64,000 nucleotides of DNA from Mytilus californianus (GCF_021869535.1 NW_026262615.1:36208001-36272000); one strand, 5' to 3'. Positions 37,645 through 50,977 are shown, counted from the stretch's first letter. Numbers and translations: made by a program. Notes: a model not told the origin generated them from the sequence alone.

Positions 37645-40600
37645 ATGGACCATCAAGAAATGGACCACCAAGAAATAGGAATCAAAAGGGTAACAACGGA
37701 AGATTATGAACGAGTAATGGCGATATTACCCCCAGATGAAATCTATCATGGAGGTGATTACCTGCCAGACTATTTCCACATGTTGCTTGAAATGCCAAAC
37801 ATAGAGATGTATGCAGCTGTCGCCGGAGATAAATTTGTAAGATTTCTTATCAAAATTATTATTAGTTGTTTATGAAAGAGTAATTAGTAAAGAAGTATTG
37901 TACGTAAAAATGGAAACATTCAGAGAAAAAAAAACACTCCCCGAAAAATATATTCAAATTAAAAATTTGAAAAGAAAGAACGAAGCTTTGATTTTTATAT
38001 GACGATATTCAACAATATTTTGCAACAACACTTTTATTGTATATGAAAAAATGTTACAAGCATACTTTTGTCATTGATGTCGATAATTTGAAGCCATATC
38101 ATATCATAGAATATTGCACTCTAACTTTTTGTTACGCACTGTGGGAAATATTTCGTTGTTATATACAATAATAGTTTACAATATAGCCTTCGTATGAGGT
38201 CGACACGAGGATATATCAACCTGAAAGATGTATATCGACTGAAGACAAAGTATTTGGTCGATATATATCTTAAGGTCGACCTCATACAAAGGCTTCAGTT
38301 GTTATATTATTGCTATTTTTAATAAACCTAAAATTGAGCATGAAATCATTTGATTGGTTTGTTAAAATGGTGTCATAAAGGATTAAGGTTTTTAGATTTT
38401 AAATTTTGAAATATTTTGAAAACCATAATCCTTTATGGCACCATTTGCAATATCACATTTCTTTCTACGGTTTTCAGTATATTTTTGAAAATACAGGTGA
38501 ACACGTAACTCTTTGTGAACGAATCAAATAAGTTAGAATATACAAAATAATAATATAAAATAATACTATAAGATTTACCTGTCAGTGATTAAATTGATTT
38601 CCCAGGTTGGATTCAGTTTTATGAGCATAGTGGATGATGGTAAAACTGTAGTACCACGAGGCGGTCGAGTTTCGAAAGAATATTCTGGTAAAGGACTTGT
38701 CGGGCTAATGTCGAAATGGTTGGACGAAGGAGGACCACTTTACCGACAGGGATTTTTATATAGAGCCGCTATAGGAAATAAAGAAAATGCTCCACTGCTT
38801 CAACACGCTCGAAAAGGATTATGCAAAGAAATTCTTCAACAGGTTTATTTACAAATTTATGTTTATTTACAAATGTTCCATTTAAAATTTTTAAACAACC
38901 GTTTTCATTAAGTTGACAATTTTGTTATAATTTGACCGCAGTATGAAGATGTGAAAGTGTATGAAACATGTATGATATAGGAATAATTGATATTGAAAAA
39001 CATTGGAGAGATATGTTTAATATGTTTCAATTAATTTATTGTTGCTTTCTGATTGAGGCCCAGTGCCAATATGTCATGCATATAATATTGATACAAAATT
39101 AAGATAAAAAATCTTTCTATATCAATTGATACAACGTAGGATCTGCAATTTAGATAGATCGAGATAAGTGTAGGAATAATAAACGCAAAAGGAATCATAA
39201 GGGAATGTTCGATAGGAACACACATTTTTCTTTGCAATACGGGACAGTCAAAGAGTGTCTGTACTGGTTCCTTAGTGAAATATACCTTTTTTCATGGATC
39301 AGAGATAGTTTTTTACGTGGTAATCAGTTACTTTGTTACTAATATCAATTCATTTGTATACTATAATAGATAAATATAAAGCCGGGCTGTAAGGTGTACA
39401 CGTCCGGATGACATATTTAAAAAATGTCAACTGACCTTGACATTTTTTTGGATGTTCAAGGGTCAATGTTTCTTAACATGCTTACTACATGTAAAGGTCA
39501 GTTTATCATTTGAAAAGGTTAACTATATTTCGTCTTTTTATATTATAAGTATATGAGGTTTACATGTCTTTCTGACATGAGTTACCTGATCTTGACCTCT
39601 ATATGCAGTTAAATGATCAACGTTAATCATGTAAAGTTTTCGCGCATAAATCATTTCCCCTGATCTGATAAAACTGTGTTTATAGATCCTTAACACAATT
39701 CTAAACACATCTTATGTGCATTTTTTTACACGTTTTGTTCTAAACATGTCTCAGTTCTAAACAGACTGTTTACGTGGACAATGTGTTTAAGATTGTGTTT
39801 AGGATCGTGTTTAGCTTAGAAATAAGTGTTTTATTTCTAAACATTTTCTTTCTTAAACACATTTAAAAGTGTTTAAATTCAAGACGTGTACGTTTAATGT
39901 GCTTACTGAGAAATGTGTTAAGATATTAAATACAATCCTAAACACGTTAAGAACTAAACATGTAATACATGTGTTTATATTCTAAGCACCATTTTTACAT
40001 TGTGTGTAATAGGTCAGCTGTGGTCGATGCAATTGTTTGACGGGTAATATACTTTGAAATACCACAGTTTGATACGAGCAGTTCGGACACAATAATGGCT
40101 GTGTACACGTTTTGCCACAATTGTTAGGATAAATAATGTTTTTTCTATGGGTAACCAATCTAAAAACCAAAATAAAAACATAAAACTATCAGATCAACAT
40201 ATTGCACAATATTTAGCAAGTACACAAGCACGGTAATGTACACATTTTGATATCATGTTAAAAATAGCATGACAAAAACTTAAAATACAAATATTTCTAC
40301 ATTTCATATTTCATTTATTCAGTTTCAATTTTTATTTTGCAGGACTTTCGCTTTTACGACATTTGGAAATTCAATCTGGAAGATGAATTTAAGAAGCAAA
40401 GGGAATCAAACCAGTTTGTAAATGCACGATTTATCGAAAAAGATGAGTTTGGTCAAATACTAGAATCACGTGATCTTAGTCGATATTTTTTTCCAGAAGG
40501 CCGTGCTGTTGTTGACGACGTACCATACAAAACTATGCGATCAAATGCTCCACTGATATTTACAGAACGCACAAAAGTAGTAGTGACTGATACTAATAAC

Positions 40601-40894
40601 CCACACGAAGCCATTTTATCAATTAGTAATTTTTTCAAGGCCCCTGTTGGAATGATTGTAAATTTGAATATATATGGCTGTTTGTCCGAAAAAATCAAAT
40701 CTCATTTAATCTTACATGTCGAAAAACTGCTTCCCTGTTTAAGGAGCGACTTCATACTATTCCGTTGTATATCAAAACCAGATACAAATTGGGCAAATTT
40801 GGACAACGTGATGACTGAATTAGGTTTTAAAACAACACATTTTTATGGAACAGGTTTAGTTTGTGTGGAATGGAATTTAAAAAGCAAATTGTAA
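37645..40894 (+). CDS. Histidine N-acetyltransferase / NAT16-like GNAT, paralog B; join(37645-37836,38606-38842,40343-40894), 326 aa
   Basis: GT-AG, phase-0 introns at the same positions as paralog A; exons 2 and 3 have identical lengths (237 and 552 nt). IYHGGDYLP and VDDGKTVVPRGGRVSKEYSGKGLVG motifs; open frame to TAA at 40894. Confidence 0.87.
38185..38294. repeat. Inverted-repeat (hairpin) element in intron 1 of paralog B
   Basis: agccttcgtatgaggtcgac (38185-38204) matches the reverse complement of 38275-38294 at 19/20; further gatatatc/tcgac symmetry inside. Confidence 0.75.
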
Positions 40895-41084
40895 CTATTG
40901 ACAATATGATTTGATAACACTTAACTATTATCTTAAACTGCCGGTTAAACATGTTTAGAAAAAAATGGATGCAATGAACATACAGTTTTATCCAGAAATA
41001 GAATTGTTAGGTATGTTTGGCCCGAAATGTTTATCACAAACAAAAGTTACATGTATTAGATCTATTAGAACAAGTGATTTTTAT

Positions 41085-41510
41085 TTTTGTCTTGCTTGCG
41101 ACGAAGGTCGCGGAAGGCGAGATATGGGTGTGCTTTTCCGGCGGCGGCAACAATTGTTAAGTTTTCTGCTTAGGTCAGTTTGATAGGAACTACTTGTGAT
41201 ATATGAATAATATGTTCTATAAAGTTGCATTACTATCAGTACATATAAGTCTGACGACTATTTCGAGGCCCTTCCCCCTAGTCCAGTGACTTTGAATAAA
41301 TTAGCAGTTTTCAATGTAAAGTTTCTGCTTAAGTGAATTTGATAAGAACAACTTATGACAGACATTAATATTTTCTTTGAAGTTGCATTACTACATGTAT
41401 CAGTACATATAAGTTTGTCGGTCATTGTCCAGCAATTTTGAATAACATGTAATTAGCAATGTTGCTGTCCATCAGGCGAGACATATCTCTGTGTCAACAG
41501 TTTGTCTAGA
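41085..41510 (+). mobile_element. HINE-like element with 2 core repeats, downstream of paralog B
   Basis: Imperfect subterminal inverted repeat gtcttgcttg (41089) / caggcgagac (41473), a ggc microsatellite, and ~170-bp cores homologous to 13370-14225. Confidence 0.65.
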
Positions 41511-41745
41511 GGACGGATAATTTTAGTTTTCATAATTTCAATATTAAAATGCTTTCTTGCTTGCCTTCTTTTACTGCAATTGTCATAATTAATTTTATGA
41601 TGAATGAGATTTCCATTCTCCAAAATCCAATAGTCTTTTTACTTTTAAATGGTAAATAGGAACGGATTTATTAGAACATTTATATGATTGATTGCCATTC
41701 ATAGAAATTGAAAAACCGTGTAGAAATCAATTGTGTAACTAAGAT

Positions 41746-41975
41746 GGGGGTCTGGATGGGGTTTACAGAATAGAGAATATTGGACAACACGTGCAGATTA
41801 AAGGGCAAACAACATAAAGAATAGAGAAAAATAGGCAAACAAAAATTAGAATTGAGAATAATTGGGTGCTAAAATATAAAGACTAGAGATACCAGGAAAA
41901 AGTTATAAAAGAATAGAGAAACGTGGTCAAATAAAATTAAAGAATACACAACTGAAGGACCCCCATCCAGACTCT
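41746..41975. mobile_element. ~230-bp MITE-like element with AGAATAGAGAA-rich interior; relatives at 32378-32590, 33215-33455 and 49268-49457
   Basis: Perfect 12-bp TIR gtctggatgggg (41750-41761) / ccccatccagac (41961-41972). Related agaatagaga...gaaggac motifs occur at the other loci. Confidence 0.6.
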
Positions 41976-44856
41976 CTAAGATACCATTTGCTTGCACGAT
42001 TGCTAAGTTCAACGTTTTTCTATTCTGACAATCCTTAACATGATTGATTCAAATGCGTGGTCACCTTAAATTGAACACTTGACAGTATACATTCATTGGT
42101 ACCATGCGGCGGACAGGAAAACTGTTAGTTCATGTGCCTGTCCCATATTACCTTGTCAGTAACTGCTTTTTGTAATATCGTAATATTTTGGTCATTTAGA
42201 TATTTGATTGATTGTTATCAATTGCTTTACGTCATGTCGTAATTATGACTTGCATGTTCAGAACGAAAACAAATTAACAAATAATACAATGTAGGTATGT
42301 TCTGCAAGGTAAGGCAATATTACGGAAAAGGGGGGGGGGGGGGGGGATTTTGATAGCCATTTGTAAATGAGGGTAATATGTTGGATAAGCGCAGACATTT
42401 TACATGGAACAGGCCGCCTATGGACACTCAGAACCTTGTTGCAATGATTCTTTATAGTGGATCCGATTAAACGTCCACTTTCTGACCGGGCTTGACTTGG
42501 TATTTACACATCCCACAGAGACAAACTTAAACAAGGGTTTTTACAAATGGATTTTAAAAATCTACGAATGACCATGAAATTTCTATACTGCTGTGCCGGT
42601 GGCCACTTTTATTTTTTTAAATCAAGCTGCCTTGTTATGTAGCAAGGAAACCCTAGTTTCTTCCGTGCTGTATATTTAAAAGATCAACAACAACAAGGCT
42701 AAACGAAAAACAGTAGCCACCAAAACATGTGATCATTTTAAAGACTTTTTTTTATTGGATGCAGCCAGTTACAACTGCAACCAATGGAAATCACTATCTC
42801 TTGGATTCGAAATTCTATTTTAATCCGCCGAGGGTGGAGGAGGGGACTGATCGTAACCTTTGGCTAGCGAAGATGGTGAATAATATGATTTTCGATTTTA
42901 CTGAAATAATTTTATTGAAAATGGTGTAAGACATTCCAAAAACATATATCAAAGTTAAGCACAAAAATTAATAAAACTCTTAAGTTATAGATAGACCTTA
43001 TTACCTATCGACGTCATTGTAAATTCCTTAACATTGATTAAGATACCGATGTCTTAGCTCTGTGAGTTTACTTTACAAAAGAATAATAGAACTGTGGGCA
43101 CTTTATATGACTATTTGTCTTCGTGATTTTTTTTCCATGCATGAGTTGACTCTTTCTTGCTCTGTCTCTCACTCTTTTTGTATTCTGTGAGAGCTTAAAC
43201 TAGCTTTTGACAATGTCTAAGTTATTATATGACATTGCTGCCGGTGTAGAGGCAATTGCTGTCGACGTAGAGACCAGCCGTTTTTGACTGGCACATATAC
43301 ATTGTAAATTCAGGCCTAACGTCTTAGGCGAATTTTGAATTCTCTACATGTAGCAGCCCTTTAATTGGTGTTATGGCAACGTGACTTTCTTGATTACTGC
43401 AAAATCGGGAGTTATTTAAATATGGTTACTGTCCGAAATAGTGTCAAAATGTTGTATAAGTTAATATCCTAAATATAACAGAGGTCAGTTTGACAATCAT
43501 CATACTTAATAACCGTCCGGTGAAAAATTTGAAGTGGGTATAAATATAATAAAAAAATGTTTACATATCTGTAGAATATAAAAGATAAGCAATATGTCAA
43601 AAATGTTTGTTAAATATCTGTCACAATAGTAGTCTGTCAATGTGTCCATGTAAATAAGACATTCTTTGAATGTTTTAAAATGCGAGGACATATTATTTAA
43701 GATACAATGTAGCTATATCAGAATGTTGTTTATTTCTTCAACATGATGTCATCGCCGCTTAGATCTAATATGTTTGGTGTATTAGTAAATGCCATTTGCT
43801 CTTTTGTTGTGCAGTTACACCACTGTTTAACCCCGCCTCATTCTTTATGTGCCTGTCCCAAGTCAGGAGCCTATAGTTCAGTGGTTGTCGTTGGTTCATG
43901 TATGTCATAATTTGTTTTTCGTAAATTGTTTGTAATAAATTAGGTTGTTAGTTATCTCAATTGAATGGTTTCATATTTGTCATGTCGAAACCTTTTATAG
44001 CTGACTATACGGTATGAGGTTTTTCTCATTGTTGAAGGCCGTACGGTTGCCTATAATTGCTTACATCCACTTTATGTGAACTTTGGTGGATAGTTGTCTC
44101 ATTGGCAATCATATCTCATCTCCTTATTCTTAATGTTGGTTTGGACACTTTGATGAAGGATATCCTAAAATAATAAAACTTTAAAAAAAAGTAATGAACC
44201 TTTCTAACCTTTCTGATTTAGAATAAGCAAAAATTTTTAAAATGAGGTCTACATTAAAATAAGTGGAACGTTTTGACGTGTGTATAATGAACAAGGAAGT
44301 TTCAATTTAAAACCTATGTTATGGTTCAGTACAAACTATTCAATTGTTACAAATATAAGACGTGTTTACTTATATTTTTTTGTTTGCATACAAAGACGAA
44401 AATAAACCCAAGAAGTATATAAGTCAGTGGTATAGGCGTGATGTAATATTTGATAAATAGGTTTTGGTGTATTATTCTTGGAATTGGAAGCTAAACTTCT
44501 TTGAATTGGAAGCTTAACAACAAAACTTTTTCAGTGTTTCAGGACGTTCTTAATCACTAAATAGGTGAAACGTAAGTAATACTTATATATAATGTTATAT
44601 CATAATAACAGAAAGTTGGAAGGTAGTAATAAAAGTGAAATCGTTAAAACCTAAAATACACATTGATCAATTCATAAAAACAAAATACAAAAATTGATCA
44701 AAAGTTACAGACGGGTGCAATATTCTATAATATGTTCAATGTTTTCTTTTGCTATCTTTTTTGATACATTATATACATGATATATTGTCATTAGACGGTT
44801 GTCAAATGAGACCTACATTGCTATCACGTAGAAAAAAGTTTGAAGTGAGTTAAGAA

Positions 44857-45123
44857 GATTTGATTTGATTTGATTTTTGGTGTTTTAACGCCACTTTTAA
44901 GCACCGCTTTTGGGCTATTTCGTGGCGGCCAGTTTTTATTGGTGGAGGAAGCCGGAGTGCCCGGAGAAAACCACCGACCTTTGATAGGAAAACTGACAAT
45001 CCTAGTCAATTAAGATTGGAGTCGAGTGCACCGGCACGAGCGGGGTTCGAACTCACAACCTTAGTGTTGACTGGTTAGTGATTACAGTAGTAACTACTTA
45101 GACCACTCGGCCACCGAGGCCCC
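44857..45123 (-). mobile_element. tRNA-derived V-domain SINE (RUDI/BivaV-like), full length
   Basis: Minus strand: A-box tggccgagtgg, B-box gagttcgaacccc, V-domain-like ggtggttttctccgggcactccggcttcctcc and an (aaatc)n tail. ttaagaaga flanks both sides (44850-44858 and 45127-45135). Confidence 0.8.
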
Positions 45124-46899
45124 TAATTAAGAAGAGAATGACGAACAATTATCATACTGGTTATATAAAAATAAGAAGATGTGGTATAACTGCCAATGAG
45201 ACAACTCTCCACCAGAGACCAAACGACATAGAAGTTAACAACTACAGGTCACCGAACGGCCTTCAACAATGAGCAAAACCCATACCGCATGTCAGCTATA
45301 AAAGGGCTAGAAATGACAAATGTAAAACAATTCAAACGAGAAAACTAACTGCCTGATTTACGTAAAAAATCAATGAACGAAAAACAAATATGATACACAG
45401 CAACAAACGACAACGACTGAATTACAGGCTCCTGACTTGGGACAGGCACATACAGAATGTGGCGGGGTTAAACATATTAGCGGGCGCCCAACCCTCCCTC
45501 AACCTGGGACAGCGGTGTAACAGTACAACATATGAACACACTATAAAAATCAGTTGATAAGGACTTAACTCATCAGATCACAAAAAACACATAAAGGACG
45601 TGGCAGGGTATCTATACATCCCTAAAACAAACAAAAAAAGACACTAAGTACAGATCTGAGAGTACTGGCAGTTGTTTATAATTACAAGTTTTTTTTATAC
45701 AACCACAGCAATCAACTAAAAAATAACTTCATACTTATACTAAAAGTTACAATTTTAAAACTTCTTTTCATAGTTCCCGAGAGTGATACGAACGGTTGTG
45801 ACATCATTCATAACATACTGTCTGTTCATTTTCTGTCGATTAATTTGCAAAATATTCACAGAATAAAGTACCAACGTTCTCAGGCAATTTCAAAGTTGAT
45901 ATTAGACGGATTTGGTTCTTCTTTTCCTATCCCTTTTGTTCATATGGCTTCTCGCGTGTTAAATGATTTTAATTTTATCCAGAAAAGTGCGTTGATGTTT
46001 TCATTTCATAAACAATATTTAAATTGTTAATCTGAACATATACCTGATTTTTTTGTTTAATTCCGTTCCAAGTAATTACATTGTTAAAAAGAACTTAATA
46101 TGAACATTTTAGATATATATTTTCTTTCGTCTAAAGTATGCTCAGTCAGGATTCTATTTCGTCAAAATTATCTACCCATTACGCCTCCTAATTTTTTCAA
46201 TCGTTAAAATTGTTTGTCAGGGGAAATTTTCGAAAGTTCAAAAACATTTAGACAAAATTATAATTAGATATTTCGTGGAAAGGCAGAATAAACATTTTCA
46301 GACGTTGAACATGTTGAAGACTTGTAACCCTAGAAAACACACACATTTTTTTTAAGTTATATTTTTTTTGGATCCACGTGTAAAGTCTGTCGTCAAGTAC
46401 TTTTAGTTAAAAAAAAATGTTATTCCAACACGCTTACTCTTTTGTTATGACTCATTAGAAAGGTATTTCACTTGATCTTTAGTTTAGTTTGAACATATTT
46501 TATTTGCTTAAATATGCAAAAGGCATGAGACACAAGTTAATCTTATGAAGTCTTCTCCCATGAACAATTTATAACAATAGATTTTTTTACAAAGCATGCA
46601 CGCAAACAATACATTATATATATTGGATATGTAAAAAGATGATGTGTGATGATGTGAATGGTTGTACACAATATACATGTATATGGACTTTAGTGTGCTG
46701 TATTACACAATTAGAAACCTTTTTGACTCTTTAATAAATTCATATACTTTCTTTAAAATTCTTTCATTTAATTAATTAATGACGAATCACCGGATGTTCA
46801 AATTTAGTAGAGAGTTCTCTGGTAACCAGTTCAGATTATTAGATAGTTTGATTCTTATATTCGTATAATTAGGACATTCAAAAAAGAAGTGAAATGAAT

Positions 46900-47593
46900 C
46901 TTCACGCTTGATCTTTAACGTCACGGTAACTACATTGCAACCATTTATTAAAAATAGCAGCGGAAATCTTCGGTAGGTAACATTCGAGGTAAAGAGTACG
47001 GGATTGTGGATATGACAGTTGGGCCATATCTGTCGTTATCTGTGAAACAGATGTTCCATAACGTTCAACCAATATGTGATGGCGTCGGCAATATTTTCGA
47101 ATGGATAATTTCAACTTCACCACATGGAATTCTAGGTTTTAATAAAGATATCCGCACTTTTGACATAACTTATACTTAACCTAAGTATCAACGGTAGCAA
47201 TCGGCAATCTTCGGGTGAATCCGCTACTCTCCTTCTCCATAACGTTCAACCAATATGTGATGGCGTCGGCAATATTTTCGAATGGATAATTTCAACTTCA
47301 CCACATGGAATTCTAGGTTTTAATAAAGATATCCGCACTTTTGACATAACTTATACTTAACCTAAGTATCAACGGTAGCAATCGGTAATCTTCGGGTGAA
47401 TCCGCTACTCTCCTTCTCCATAACGTTCAACCAATATGTGATAGTGTCGGCAAAATTTTCGAATGGATAATTTCAACTTCACCACATGGAATTCTAGGTT
47501 TTAATAAAGATATCCGCACTTTTGACATAACTTAACCTAAGTATCAACGGTAGCAATCGGCAATCTGCGGGTGAATCCGCTACTCTCCTTCTC
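46900..47593 (-). mobile_element. Retroelement 3' fragment with a 181-bp segment triplicated
   Basis: Units start at 47055, 47236 and 47417 and are nearly identical. The minus strand encodes VKLKLSIRKYCRRHHILVERYGTSVSQITTDM, similar to the tail at 11400-11540. Confidence 0.65.
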
Positions 47594-47865
47594 AGTTAGA
47601 GGAACAGAATCGGCCGAGATTAGACGAGGGAACCAAGTTAGATGGAGGAACGGAATAAAGAGTTTAGACGAGTAGTAACTATGTAGCGTATTTTCCATGG
47701 GCGATAGCAAACTAAGATTGAAATGAATTATCTCCCGTTGAATAGATAACAAATTGAAACAAACCTTAACGGTACGAAGGAATTAAATGTATTTGAGATA
47801 TGGTCACATCCTTCAGTGAATTATGTATTATGCTTCAATTCGAGACGACTCATTTTGTATTTCAG

Positions 47866-48046
47866 AGATAACAAATTCAAAATGTCAAATATCCACAAGT
47901 CTGAGTAAAGAACTTTTCAATCGTAATTATTATAGACTTGCGTAACATTAGAAGAGTCGTGTGTGAATATTTATAGATAGACGGCACTAGTGAAGGCATC
48001 AGAAGTAAAAATCGTACACTGGAAATTGGATCCAAAGTGCCTAGTG
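47866..48046 (+). pseudogene. GLUL: Decayed duplicate of the first coding exon of glutamine synthetase
   Basis: Aligns with 50453-50625 plus flanking intron sequence. A frameshift after ATG 47882 gives MSNIHKSE*, and TGG>TAG hits the W of YLWIDG. The acceptor ttgtatttcag and donor gtg/gtaaat are retained. Confidence 0.88.
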
Positions 48047-48557
48047 GTAAATATCACAGTCGCATTAATTTGTACGCTATGGTAGTCGGGTCTTCCTCCA
48101 TATTTGACCGGGTTGGACGACTCCAAAACCGGCTTATATATAGAAATAAGAAGATGTGGTATGAGTGCCAATGAGACAAGTCCATCCAAGTATGAATATG
48201 ACGGTTTGTCAGGTGTGAAAGGTGGGTACCTTACTTGTGTAATCAACTCCTCCTACAGTTCTCAACCCAGATCCTTGAAACTTCACAGGAAGATTGCACA
48301 TATTTTGAAGCTATGTACCTGTTTTTATATCGAATTGTTTAAGGATTTTTTTCTCAATTTTCCAGACTTGGGAACTTAGTGATTTTTAAGCAAAATTAAT
48401 GAAAGAGAATACAAGATTTGTTCAATAAACTCGTACACTTTTCAACACAGATCCCTGAAACTTCACAGCAGGATTGCACATATATAGAGTTTGTGAACCT
48501 GCTATTATGGAATTGTTTGAGGATTTTTTTTCTCTCGTTTTCTGACTTGGGAACTTA

Positions 48558-48842
48558 GGAAACAACCATTTAACTTCAAGGGGGGGGGGGGGGGGGGGGG
48601 GTGAGTTATGGTTTTTTCCTAAAAAAATATTCTGATCCCCAATTTGAGGAAACAAATATTGTGGTCAAGCAGATGACAAAAAAAAATATTCTGAATCCAG
48701 ATTTTCCCCATACCTTGTAGTGTTAAATTTTGAAAAAAATAATTTGATTGATAGCGTAGAAAAACTTTAAAAAAACAAATTCTGACTCAGACAAAAAAAC
48801 CAAATCACCCCCTTTCCCCCTTGAAGTTAAATGGTTGCTCTC
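48558..48842. mobile_element. 285-bp Tourist/Harbinger-like MITE with TTA TSD
   Basis: caaccatttaacttcaaggggg (22 bp) is an exact inverted repeat near both ends; tta flanks at 48555-48557 and 48843-48845; 22-nt G run inside. Confidence 0.72.
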
Positions 48843-50468
48843 TTACTCATTTTTCAAATATTTAAATATTTAGTATAGAGTATTCTCCAATTGTTTTAGA
48901 AATATTCTGCGCAACCCGACCATTTGTATCTTTGATCTTTTTTCAATAATAAAATAGCAAAAAACAATCGGTTTAGAATTGTATTGAAAGAGGCAGGAAT
49001 ACAAATCATTCGTAAAACCTTTCGTTTTAATGAAAAAAATTATTATTACAACTTATTTTTATATATGCATAATATTTTGGGGAGATTTAAGGAAAAACAA
49101 AACAATTGTCACTATGAAATAAGAGGATCTGGAAGGGTGGAGGGGACGGTCATAGATATTTGAATTCTTTAAATTTTATGGGCATTTTTCTTTATCTTTT
49201 AAAAAATAACGCGTATTCTGTAAAATTCTCATGAAAATTGTTGCCTATTATTTTTTTCTGTAATTAAATGATTTCTTTATTCTGCACATCGTTCATTTCT
49301 GTAATCAGTATTTTATCACCTTATTTATTTATTTTCCCTCCGCAGTTATTCTTTATTCTTTCCCATCCAATTATTCTCTATTTTTTGCTAAATTTTTCTC
49401 TATTCATTATTTTTTTGTTCATTATCCTCTATTCGGTCAACTCCATGCAGACCCTCAAATGAAGACGATGTGAAGTATACGTCAACGACACAATCAAACA
49501 ACACAAATACTGAAGACATACAAAGGTCAATATAATGTCTTCAACATAAGTAACATGTCTACAAGATCGTTCAAGCTCTAAATCGCTCTGAGTCGAAAAG
49601 AGATACGAATACATTTACTATATATACTTTATTCTGATAAACCGCTGTAAATACAAAGGTACACAGAAGAACATAGACATTATACAATATTACAAAGGTA
49701 CATATGTTGAGGAAATAAACAATACAATAGAAATACATGAATATGTTTACATGTTAAAAATGTGCGGTGTATATTAAATGGAAGACCTTAAAATATGACA
49801 GAGGAGGGAGAAAGTTAATTGAGAAAAATTCAATCCACTTCATCGTTTATAATTCTAATTAAATTGCACAAATTTCTAAGCTTTGACTGTTTTGATATAT
49901 TCATAAGTTCCCTGAACTTAAGAATATTACAAATGGTTTGTGAATTTTTATCTAAATATTTATTTCTTTCTGTTGTAAAAAAGTTGCATTTGAGGAGACA
50001 ATGCTATTCATCACCAATATCACCATTTCATAAGACAATGCAGTATTGTTTCATAAGAATCCGTAATTTTGATTGGCTGACATAAATCGAATAGAACGCA
50101 ACATTCGTGATATCGTCAAAACAATACATTCGGAAAACAAACGAAAAATGTAATGTACATGTAATTTGAAATGTCATAGGCGTAGCATAAAAATTTAAGT
50201 ATAAGAATTGAACGTTTCTTTTTGTAATTTTGTGTGGTTGTTAAAACGTTGATCGTGTGCACGTTTCTAGGACGGCGCTTCATATAAAATATGTTTCGGC
50301 TAACGCTTTTGCATTCCAATAAAATTATAAAAAGACGCTTTCAATTCTTATAATTACATGTTTATGCTACAACCATGACATTGATAATTATATCAAATTT
50401 TTCGTTTGTTATCTCATGCCGCAAGTGTAAATGCCTCTTATATGTATTTCAGAAATATCAACTTCAAA

Positions 50469-50936
50469 ATGACAAATATCCACATGAGTAAAGAAATTTT
50501 TAATCGTTATATGGAGTTAAGTGATAATGCTAGAGTCATCTGTGAATATTTATGGATAGACGGTACTGGTGAAGGTATCAGAAGTAAATGTCGTACACTT
50601 GAATTTGAACCCAAAGTGCCTAGTGGTAAGTTTCAAGGTCTCATTATTCTGTACGCTATTAGAGTTATATGATTAAGATAAATAATAATAACAAAAAGAA
50701 AAAAGCTAGGTTTAGAATTTTAACGAAAAAAAAATTTTGAGGCATAAATGCAATTTCATTCCGTAGTTTTTTTGTTGTTTTTTTTCATTTGACTTAAGAA
50801 AATTATGTGATTTTATCTTATTATCACGACATTTTTACAAATACGGAATATATTCTAATGGATATAAAAAGAATAACATTTAATCTTATAATTGGAGATA
50901 ACTCAGATAATTTAATCTTATAAAGATAGTATATTA

Positions 50937-50977
<41 letters not shown>

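Noticed and set aside
44857-45123. tRNA genes suggested by A/B boxes (also at 17086, 25745 and 62328)
   Set aside because: No closed cloverleaf, an over-long A-to-B spacing, and the boxes continue into shared SINE bodies with tails and TSDs.
50939-50977. Long homopolymers (poly-T here and at ~20685 and ~36325; poly-G at ~42330 and ~48580; poly-C at ~62045)
   Set aside because: Common in such genomes, and lengths are unreliable in assemblies; no functional inference possible.
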